DNA of 32,000 bases from Zygophlyctis sp. KS116 (lineage: Eukaryota > Fungi > Chytridiomycota), in NCBI GenBank assembly GCA_054661495.1, contig BAAFSQ010000070.1:1-32000 (forward strand), written 5' to 3'. The notes beneath the pieces are model-generated. The model saw nothing but the letters and a program-made list of their open reading frames with translations, ran no database searches and was not told the origin of the DNA. Positions 23,280 through 32,000 of the stretch are shown here, in pieces. Positions within the stretch are counted from its first letter, which is position 1. Every line of letters starts with the position of its first letter. The position numbers were made by a program, and so were the translations under genes.

Positions 23280-24927
23280 TTACAATAGAGTAGGCGGTTG
23301 CCCAAAAATATCACTTATTAAAGCATTTTGAGATATAATGTGAGTAGATCCAACTGTAACTTGAGAGTCTGGTACTGTTTTAGCAACTGATTTAATATCA
23401 TTGATTTCAGACCACGTTATTCCGCCAACCACAAAGATGAATAATCTTGAGAAACTACTTGCCTTATAATGAGACGGCCCACCACCCAAAAATGAATTAA
23501 AACCAGATAGTACAGTACCCATTGTCCCAAAATAAGGGAGATGAACCAGATCATCAGAATCTTTTTCTTGTAAAATAGATTCAGCTACAAATTTACATAG
23601 TGAAACATGGCTAGTTTTTGCATAATGATCTAGTTGAATATTTGAGATTTTAGAAAGAGCTTTAAAAACATTAAATGTCCAAGGTTCAAAATTAGTATAT
23701 CCACGTTCTCGTAAAATCAAGGTAAAACCTTCGTAAAGTGGGCCAGTATCCAATCCTAAAGATGCTGTAAATGCTAGCATAATTAAAATCTGGACAAGAG
23801 AAAGTTCTTTTCCAGTCTTTAATAGATTTTCAATATCCTGAATTGCTTGATGAGGAGAATGAAGCATTTGTCTTTGAAATGCCCCTAAATTATCATAAAT
23901 TGCAATATCCCTATATTATGTTAATCATTAAAACATACGGATTTTCCATTAAATCTATAAATGCAGCTAAAAATTGATATAATTGCGGCCTCTTTCTGAT
24001 AATCTCCCAATTATCCTTGAGTGGGGTAAGAAACTCTAGCAATTGCTCTTTTGTGACTCTTCCTAAAACCTTTTTAGTGTTTTTGTAATTTGGAATATCT
24101 AGAGACATTGTATCAAGTATTTTTTTCCTATTTTAATTTAGATAATTGTATTACCGCACAACCGATAGTCCAGTCTTAAACTCCATACTAGATAATACAT
24201 GTAAAAACTCTAAAACTTCATCTTCAATTCCAAAGGTGTCCAATTTCAAGCTGCATTGATCTCCATCAGAAAATAAACAGCTGCTATATCCATCTGATAA
24301 CAAATTAAACATGACATCTAAAATCCCTTGATGACATTGTGTTGCGCTCTTTATATCCATATCGCGATCAATTAATATCACTGCTATATTTGACTCTGAG
24401 CTCCTTCTTGGCGAATTAGCAGTGGTAGATAGGATGCTTTTGCCTATTAAAGTGGATTTTTCACCCAAAACAAATATTTCATCTTTATGCCCCATTTGAT
24501 CCAAGATTGTCGAAAGGAAACCAGCGGTCACTCCAGGTTCATGATCAACAGGCCCGATTAAGAAGGATTCATTAACTTGCAATTGACTTATCTTTACGAT
24601 TAATTTTGGGAATTTAAGGTATATTTTTTCAGATACAAAATTGAAGTATCCATTCATAAAATCTGAGTAATCAGCAAAGAGCGATTTAGAGGCAATGTGT
24701 AAATGAAATTGATGATCAAGTCTAGATCTTATTTCAACATTTAAATGTGAGAGTGTATCATAGTTTAGATCAATCCATTTCATAATCAGCGCAATATTAT
24801 TGGCAAGCAAGTGTGAAACAGAAAAAGAAAGATCACCTCGAATAGTTTCTGGGAAATTCAAATCATAGATATTTTGGCCCGATAAGTCAATTAGTTTTAT
24901 CAGCTCAGGAGATACAATCAAGCTCAT
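23280..24927 (-). CDS. Sec1/Munc18-family protein, SCFD2-like
   Basis: EIFVLGEKS..IGK, AVILIDRDMD, DDLVHL and LFIFVVGGITWSEI..VTVGSTHI. Introns 24128-24154 and 23911-23938. Confidence 0.72.
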
Positions 24928-25506
24928 CAGCAGCCACGTCCTAACCTGCTGTGCTCAAATCAAATCGGACATTCAAAAAATATTATTTATTAAAACGAGT
25001 TATGCACTTTCATCATCATCTCCAAACCTTTTATATCCACTTACAGACTTATGTCCAAACATTTTACCAGATATAGATTGTCTAGGCTTTTGATTTTCCA
25101 CATGATCATAATCTGATAAAGATTGTTTATTTAATAGTTTCATATGGTCATCATTTTCATCGATTTTTCCATCCTTTGTCTTTTTAGCTTTATGAGATTT
25201 AAAAGAAGGGACTAAAGGGACCGGTAAACGGTTCTTCAAAAAAGCGTGTGGTGCCTTTTGGCGATAACTTTCTTCCACATTTGACTTTTCTAAGAGATGC
25301 AATCTATCAAGTTTTTTACTATCAATTGATTTTGATTGAGAAGTTTCAGAGTTATCAAGGCTGTCATAGTCATCATTCAATTCTTGAAAATTGTCTCCAA
25401 AATTTGACTTTAATCTTGAGTTACGAAGTCTTCTAAACCTGGAGGCACCTTTTCTGATGAACTTCTTATAAGATGTATTTTCTACCAAAGCTTGATCGGC
25501 TCTTTC
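24893..25506. repeat. 614-bp direct duplication, copy 1
   Basis: Identical by eye to 26871-27484 (offset 1978); the ORF track shows identical peptides. Confidence 0.95.
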
Positions 25507-26772
25507 CGTCAAAGGTTCAATTTTGGGGGTTTGAAGTTGAGGATCTAAACTTGGTGAAGCTGAATTAAGATTATGAGTCAAATATTCGACCATTGGGGAA
25601 TATCCAAATGTTTCAGCAATATATAGCATATGTAAAGTTGGTTTGGAACTTAAAGTTGGTTTGAAACCACAATCTTGAACGAAAAATTCCACTATTTCCA
25701 GATTTCCAGTTTTAACAGCTGCAAAAATGCAATATATATCTACCTTTAGTCTACCAAAGCTGATTAAATATTTTAAGAGAGCGATATTTCCACTGGCTGA
25801 TGCTTGATATAGAGTATAATTATCAGGAGTTACACCTTTCTTAATGATCAGAGACTTAACCAATTTAAGATCCCCCTTTTTGGCAGCTGCGTCTAGCTCA
25901 TTTTTGGCAGCCACAATCTTAGAAATCAGCAAATTGTTTGTCTGTCGAAGAAAATTAGAAATGCGAACCATCTTGTTATTTAATGCAGTATTCGCGGCAT
26001 TAATATCGGGATTAAATTTCAGATCATTAACAAGATACTTTATCATTTCTAGATCACCACTTTCAATCGCCATATTTAAACCTATTATATCAGGTTCCAT
26101 ATTATAATTTTCCTTCAAATATTTGTATATTTCAATACTCTTCCCAAAAATTGCTGCATAGAGGATATCCTTACCAGTGTGAACATGTGGTTCGGTAAGT
26201 AAGAACTTGAAAATGTGTAAATGCCCATTAAGTGCGGCAGTCTTTAATTCAAACTTTGTTGGCCAAAAGTTCACATGTTTCAAAATATATTTTACCAGCT
26301 CTAAATTCCCACTCTCGATAGCGTCGTGAAGTACTAATCTGTTTGGAATAATTTTTTTGTTTTCAACCAAGTATTTAACAGCCATCATATCACCATTCTG
26401 TGCTTCTTCATGCAACAATTCCAAGGTAGCCATCGAATCTGTCCCTTCTAAATGATCATCTTCAGAACTTAAATCAGAATCAGTAGTGCTCTTCTTATCC
26501 AAATCTAAAAATATATAAATTTCGGGATCACTTAATGATGATACTGAACCAGCTCCAATTTGATGATGTGAAAGATCTTTTTGAACATTTTTTAGATCTG
26601 AATGATGGATCTGTTCCATTGGATTTCCCTTTGCGATTGAATTGATTCTGTTAAATATGATCCCAGGAGACAAAGGTGATGCAGGTGATGTGGAGGATGA
26701 AGGCGATGCATGCATTGATATCATAAAGATGCAAAGCACAATGCAAGTTAATTGCAGTCGATATAATCTCAT
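25000..26772 (-). CDS. Intronless predicted secreted ankyrin-repeat protein (paralog A)
   Basis: Signal-like MRLYRLQLTCIVLCIFMISMHA, many short ankyrin repeats (AIESGNLELVKYI, AAKKGDLKLVKSL) and a charged tail. Confidence 0.82.
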   Translation of the reverse strand: MRLYRLQLTCIVLCIFMISMHASPSSSTSPASPLSPGIIFNRINSIAKGNPMEQIHHSDLKNVQKDLSHHQIGAGSVSSLSDPEIYIFLDLDKKSTTDSDLSSEDDHLEGTDSMATLELLHEEAQNGDMMAVKYLVENKKIIPNRLVLHDAIESGNLELVKYILKHVNFWPTKFELKTAALNGHLHIFKFLLTEPHVHTGKDILYAAIFGKSIEIYKYLKENYNMEPDIIGLNMAIESGDLEMIKYLVNDLKFNPDINAANTALNNKMVRISNFLRQTNNLLISKIVAAKNELDAAAKKGDLKLVKSLIIKKGVTPDNYTLYQASASGNIALLKYLISFGRLKVDIYCIFAAVKTGNLEIVEFFVQDCGFKPTLSSKPTLHMLYIAETFGYSPMVEYLTHNLNSASPSLDPQLQTPKIEPLTERADQALVENTSYKKFIRKGASRFRRLRNSRLKSNFGDNFQELNDDYDSLDNSETSQSKSIDSKKLDRLHLLEKSNVEESYRQKAPHAFLKNRLPVPLVPSFKSHKAKKTKDGKIDENDDHMKLLNKQSLSDYDHVENQKPRQSISGKMFGHKSVSGYKRFGDDDESA

Positions 26773-26851
26773 TTGAAGGAAGATTTTTGTAGTTTTTTTT
26801 TTCAAATTCTCACTGGTTTCGGACATTCGAATTAGATCTTTCCACAACCCG

Positions 26852-26905
26852 CTAGGTTATCAACCATTTAAGTTTTATCAGCTCAGGAGATACAATCAAG
26901 CTCAT
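26852..26905 (-). pseudogene. Duplicated 5' stub of the SCFD2-like gene (MSLIVSPELIKL-KWLIT*)
   Basis: The first 35 nt are identical to 24893-24927, followed by unrelated sequence to a TAG. Confidence 0.75.
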
Positions 26906-27484
26906 CAGCAGCCACGTCCTAACCTGCTGTGCTCAAATCAAATCGGACATTCAAAAAATATTATTTATTAAAACGAGTTATGCACTTTCATCATCATCTC
27001 CAAACCTTTTATATCCACTTACAGACTTATGTCCAAACATTTTACCAGATATAGATTGTCTAGGCTTTTGATTTTCCACATGATCATAATCTGATAAAGA
27101 TTGTTTATTTAATAGTTTCATATGGTCATCATTTTCATCGATTTTTCCATCCTTTGTCTTTTTAGCTTTATGAGATTTAAAAGAAGGGACTAAAGGGACC
27201 GGTAAACGGTTCTTCAAAAAAGCGTGTGGTGCCTTTTGGCGATAACTTTCTTCCACATTTGACTTTTCTAAGAGATGCAATCTATCAAGTTTTTTACTAT
27301 CAATTGATTTTGATTGAGAAGTTTCAGAGTTATCAAGGCTGTCATAGTCATCATTCAATTCTTGAAAATTGTCTCCAAAATTTGACTTTAATCTTGAGTT
27401 ACGAAGTCTTCTAAACCTGGAGGCACCTTTTCTGATGAACTTCTTATAAGATGTATTTTCTACCAAAGCTTGATCGGCTCTTTC
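26871..27484. repeat. 614-bp direct duplication, copy 2
   Basis: Identical by eye to 24893-25506. Confidence 0.95.
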
Positions 27485-29089
27485 GCCTGATATTCCAGAC
27501 GTTTTTCCGAATATTGAGCCAGTTGGAGATTTGAAAGAATCTTGATCCTCCTTCTCATTATCTGAAGACGACTGTTGGTCTAATAATCTAATGCGGTCAT
27601 CATCTTCATATTGTGGCCCTTTCTTCCCCTTGGAGAAGGTCGTCCACTTAGAATTTCGAAGTTTGCCAAATCTGGAGCCTTTTTTGACGGTGCTTTCATC
27701 TCTAATTAGATTCTCTTTTTTTTCAGCTTGTGTTCTGGGCATCTTTCCAATCAGTTTACTAGATATAAATTGTCTAGACTTTTTATTTTCCACATGGTCA
27801 TAATCTGAAGAGGATTGTATATTCAATAGTCTAACCTGGTCATCATCTTTATTTGTTTTTCCACCCTTTGTCTTTTTAGCTTTATGAGATGTAAAAGATG
27901 GGACTGAAGGGACCGATAAACGGTTCTTCAAGTTATTATCTAAAAATGAGGGCGTTGTTTTCTGTGGATCATTTGTTGTTTCCGAGCTAGAAACGCTTTT
28001 ATAGTCATCATCCAATAAATGAAAATTGTCTTTAAACTTGAATTTTGACCTGGGAAATTTCAGTATTGATTTTGAATCAGACATTTGATCATTAGATTCA
28101 TGAAAAGATTTATCTCTTCGATTTCTAAAAAATCTACTCTTTCTAGATCCATTTTTTCCGCGAGATTTTTTGTTTTCTTCGTTAATTTGATTTATATTCT
28201 CAGCTAATACCAAAGCTTGATCATCACTTTGAGGAGAAGAGTCTATCCCAGGCGAGATGGGATAGATATTTTGAGACAAATACTCAACAATTCTAGTATT
28301 CCCTTTTGATTTAGCAATATCCAACATTTCTGGAGTAGACTTTAATCCGAATTCCTGTATGAAAACTTTAACAATTTCCAAATTCCCACTTTCTATGGCT
28401 GCAGCTAGATAAACATACGGTTCATGGATTAAGAACTTGAAAATGTCCAAATGTCCATTAAGTGCAGCCGCCTTTAACTCAAAAGTCGGCCAAAAATCCA
28501 CTTGATTTAGAACGTATTTGACCACTTCCAAACTTCCACTTTCTATAGCATTATAAAGTACTAGTCTGTTTGGCCTTATATTTTTAGATTCAATCAAGTA
28601 TTTGACAGCAAGTAAATCTCCTCGCCTTGCTTCATCATGCAATAACTCCATTGCAGCCACAGATTCTGGAACTACATAATGTTCATCTTCAGAAACAGAA
28701 TCTAACTGATCATCTTCAAAGATGGAGTCATAATCATCATCCCAACCTGAATCGTATTGACCATCTTCAGAAACTGAATCCTCTTCGTAACGGTTTTTAT
28801 CAAACATTATTATTTTGGGAGTGTTGGGCATCGCCGTACCCTTACGATTCTTTAGTGAAACGTAATGATCCTGAGCGACATCATTTACATGCGGCCTATT
28901 GATAGCTCTCTTGGGATCAAAATGTTTAAAATCTTGACTCGGCATCACCTGCACTGGATTACCGACAGCCATTGCGCTTATTCCATGAGGAATGATAGCA
29001 ATACTGGTGGGGGCTGCGGGAGGGGCATTCATCGAAATGGTAAAGATGATCAGCTGAATGCAAGTTAGTTTCAGTCTATATGATCGCAT
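26978..29089 (-). CDS. Intronless predicted secreted ankyrin-repeat protein (paralog B) with repeated C-terminal modules
   Basis: Signal-like MRSYRLKLTCIQLIIFTISMNA, ankyrin repeats homologous to paralog A, and a tail module present about 2.5 times. The ORF opens upstream at 29272 without an ATG start. Confidence 0.82.
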   Translation of the reverse strand: MRSYRLKLTCIQLIIFTISMNAPPAAPTSIAIIPHGISAMAVGNPVQVMPSQDFKHFDPKRAINRPHVNDVAQDHYVSLKNRKGTAMPNTPKIIMFDKNRYEEDSVSEDGQYDSGWDDDYDSIFEDDQLDSVSEDEHYVVPESVAAMELLHDEARRGDLLAVKYLIESKNIRPNRLVLYNAIESGSLEVVKYVLNQVDFWPTFELKAAALNGHLDIFKFLIHEPYVYLAAAIESGNLEIVKVFIQEFGLKSTPEMLDIAKSKGNTRIVEYLSQNIYPISPGIDSSPQSDDQALVLAENINQINEENKKSRGKNGSRKSRFFRNRRDKSFHESNDQMSDSKSILKFPRSKFKFKDNFHLLDDDYKSVSSSETTNDPQKTTPSFLDNNLKNRLSVPSVPSFTSHKAKKTKGGKTNKDDDQVRLLNIQSSSDYDHVENKKSRQFISSKLIGKMPRTQAEKKENLIRDESTVKKGSRFGKLRNSKWTTFSKGKKGPQYEDDDRIRLLDQQSSSDNEKEDQDSFKSPTGSIFGKTSGISGERADQALVENTSYKKFIRKGASRFRRLRNSRLKSNFGDNFQELNDDYDSLDNSETSQSKSIDSKKLDRLHLLEKSNVEESYRQKAPHAFLKNRLPVPLVPSFKSHKAKKTKDGKIDENDDHMKLLNKQSLSDYDHVENQKPRQSISGKMFGHKSVSGYKRFGDDDESA

Positions 29090-29576
29090 TGTAAGTAGAA
29101 TCAAATTTAAAATATAATTTGTTAGTTTACTAGATAATCTTTGTTTATCTGAACAACTCTTTACCATTGTGATCAGCCCTTCAAATTTATTTGTTGCACT
29201 AACCCTAACAACTAAAAAATTGTGATAATTAAATTGCCCAGAATTGTAGGAATGTATGTAGTACAATTTCAAAGATTTAATTTTTCTTTTTTCTTTTTAA
29301 ATAGATTGTTCAATCTAAAACATAAATTCCCTGCTTTCTTATTTATTGTTGAGGATCTATTAAGATTTTGAGTCAAATATCCGACAATTTGAGAGTGTCC
29401 TAACGGACTTGCACCTTTTCATATCAAGTATTGTGAGGCATGTTTGGTGCAAAAGAATCGTAAAATCTGTGTATTTCAAGATCCATAAGTACTACAAATA
29501 TAATATTGAATTGTTAATCATTCGGACATTCGAATAAGAGCTTTACTCAACCGTATCCGCTTAATTAAAAACAAGA

Positions 29577-31059
29577 ATGACAATCTCATGTCTAGATTTG
29601 GTTGCCAATTCTAATTTAGTATATGTTATTAATCCTATGAATTTTATATCCCACTTTAAGAGTGATTTTATATTAGCGTTCAAGGAAATGCTTGATATGG
29701 AAGAATCAGACCATTTTACAATAGGACTAAAAGTGGAAACTAAGCATACCAAAAGAGTACTTATGAGCAATAATAGATAGAGTTTTAGGATTGTCGGTAC
29801 ACCTGCGCATATCGATGAGGCAAGACGCTTATTGTCACAGGTTATTGCTGCTGGAATTAAAGACACTTTAATAATTTATACTGTTACGCATGATGGAAGA
29901 AATATGTATTTAGGAGTCGAAAACGGAATACCTTTTAGCATCTTCAATGATTCAACAGTAATCAAACACGTATTTACTGATAATGTTCAAGAAAGGAACT
30001 TTTCTTGTACGTTTGAACTGTTATCGGGACTCAAGGACGTACCATCGTCAAGCATTATTTTGGGCTTAAATTGGAAGTCTTTAAAATTTGAATCACTGCA
30101 AAGGCCTGGAGTTGATGCCGAAGCAATTTTACACATTAATTTTGTTAATGGGGAATTAGATAAGGAGACACATGAATCAACTCAAACTTTGTGGAATACA
30201 ATTAATGATCTGGAAAGATTTGATCAGGCCTATAAGGATGGGGGGAGATTTAAGAATGCAATCTGTGAAACTTGCAAATCTGAAAGAATATTAACATTTT
30301 TAGATAGTTATAGTAAAAATGAGATCAGGGATGATCGTAATGAAGTAACACAATCAAGCAGACCAGATTATGACTTTACAGACTATTTTTGGGAATTTAT
30401 TCAGGGTAAGAAAAGAGCAGGTCATCTTTATAGATATAAACTCCAAAGATGATTTGGTGCAAGTCATAACGGCACTTGTAGAAGCTTTAGAAACGCAAAG
30501 GCTTATTCCATACGTTTCTGGATCAAATCAAACAAAGTTTGCAAAGACTTTGTCGCAGCATGTATCGCTTTCTCTCAAGAATATCTGTAAAAAGGCTGAA
30601 CAAGATCTGCTTTTTGATGTATTTGATTCATGGATTAGTGACCCGTTTCCAGTTTTATTAGAATTAGGATTACGAAAATGTTATATGGATATTTGCTATA
30701 ATTTTAAAGGTAAAGTATTTATTGCGAGAAGCAGGACGGCTAACAGTTTAGATTTCAACATTATTCAGTCTATTCCAAAATATTCTGATATTGATTCCCT
30801 AAAGTGTCTATTATCTCTTGTTGATCTTTCTACTTGTTTAAGTAATCATGCATTAGGACTTCCCCACGATCTGCATATTCATATCCTTAAATCACTTTTG
30901 CAATCTACTTGCTTAAGCTTTTCTCTATCCATTCATTTATCAAGTTATTCTTCAAAAGTTTTAGGTTGGATTCAAAATACATGCGCTAGCTTCGACTATA
31001 AAACGTGGTCCGTCAACGATGGAACGTCCTATTTGAATATTGATTTTTCTGCAGATTAA
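29577..31059 (+). CDS. ZWILCH: Zwilch-like kinetochore RZZ subunit
   Basis: RPDYDFTDYFW..SKDDL..LIPYVSGSNQT and PFPVLLELGLRKCYMD resemble the conserved Zwilch blocks. Introns 29757-29780 and 30406-30433. Confidence 0.7.
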
Positions 31060-31110
31060 TTAAATTGTAAATTTCATTCATGCTTAACTAAAAAATCTTC
31101 TTTGAATATT

Positions 31111-32000
31111 TCATTCATTTCTAAGTTGGTTGAGAACTTTGTCGAACTTACCTTTCATAGTCTTGCTTTTCTGCAATCCAGTGATCAAACCTTGAATCTT
31201 TTCCTTGACTTGAAATACTGAATGATAACTATCTTCAAGCCCAGGTATTAGAATTTTCATGATAAAAAAATAATTAACTATGCAAGATAAAATCATTACA
31301 GAAAATTTCTTTGAATGTGATATTTGGCGTGGCTTCTGCAAATATCGTGAGACGATGTAATATTGATTTGTTTCCTTGAATCCTACCTTTTTGTTTGAAT
31401 TTTTGCTATTCCCAGACTTTAAAGCAGATTTCAAAGTATTTTGAATTTCTTCCTCTGATAAAGGATCAACAAAACTTTCATCTTCACGGAGATTTGATAA
31501 AATTTCATCAAAGAGCACCAAAGATGCATCGTCATCAATCATTTTTCTGCAATAAAACAAATATCGACAAATATCTACATTCAAGCTACAGACTGCACTG
31601 AATGCTGTGTGATAATCAGGTTCAGCTCCCATTTTCTCAATCAAATATCTGACCAATTCTAAATTTCCATATTTTGCAGCATCATCTAAAAAGTCTTTTC
31701 CAGGCTTCAAATTTTTAAAATTGATCAAGTATCTTAAATATTTATGATCTGCAAACTTAAGGATGGCTTGTCTGTATGCCTTTGGAGCAAGCAAAGAAAT
31801 GTCTTGACTGCTGTAAAACTTATGATCCATTAGAATTCTTAAAAGAAGATAATTCATGGATTTTTCTACCTGATACTTTGTTAGTGAATCAGAGTTTAAC
31901 ACTTCAAAAGTGTGCCTATCTTGATCTACCCGTCTCAAATCCAATTTTTCGACCCCTGACAGAAACCACTTATAATCCTCTGAATACTTGCCATTTGTTT
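31111..32000 (-). CDS. Ankyrin-repeat protein, 5' end outside the window
   Basis: AAKYGNLELVRYLIE and AVCSLNVDICRYLF, with a late hydrophobic segment. The frame is open to base 32000. Confidence 0.72.
   Translation of the reverse strand, partial: TNGKYSEDYKWFLSGVEKLDLRRVDQDRHTFEVLNSDSLTKYQVEKSMNYLLLRILMDHKFYSSQDISLLAPKAYRQAILKFADHKYLRYLINFKNLKPGKDFLDDAAKYGNLELVRYLIEKMGAEPDYHTAFSAVCSLNVDICRYLFYCRKMIDDDASLVLFDEILSNLREDESFVDPLSEEEIQNTLKSALKSGNSKNSNKKVGFKETNQYYIVSRYLQKPRQISHSKKFSVMILSCIVNYFFIMKILIPGLEDSYHSVFQVKEKIQGLITGLQKSKTMKGKFDKVLNQLRNE

Noticed and set aside
24893-27484. Direct repeats interpreted as LTRs of a mobile element
   Set aside because: No TG..CA ends, target-site duplication or transposase/RT; the repeats consist of host gene sequence.
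25248-29068. Short plus-strand ORFs antisense to the ankyrin genes, and similar shadow ORFs elsewhere
   Set aside because: They lie wholly opposite well-supported genes and show no motifs; the duplicated 62-aa ORF only reflects the 614-bp repeat.
30710-30734. Possible extra intron in the Zwilch-like gene
   Set aside because: The donor/acceptor pairs tried lead to stops, while the unspliced frame is open.

Overview
AT-rich, extremely gene-dense eukaryotic nuclear DNA, most consistent with a zoosporic (chytrid-type) fungus. This placement is an inference from fungal-type actin, SIP5, SNT2 and ARG2 occurring together with katanin p80, a doublecortin protein, Zwilch, RTEL1 and an SCFD2-like gene. 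About 21 protein-coding genes can be rebuilt by hand. The ORF track is fragmented because the housekeeping genes are split by ultra-short spliceosomal introns: about 50 inferred, about 46 of them 23-34 nt, including one GC-AG intron. Intergenic gaps are as small as 0-20 bp. Other points of interest are an intronless HTH plus phage-Dam-like adenine methyltransferase homologue with a destroyed catalytic motif, a single 151-nt intron holding a ~100-nt hairpin, an array of in-frame splice donors, and a tandem cluster of intronless secreted ankyrin proteins with a recent 614-bp exact duplication. All gene calls rest on motif recognition by eye; no database searches were run.
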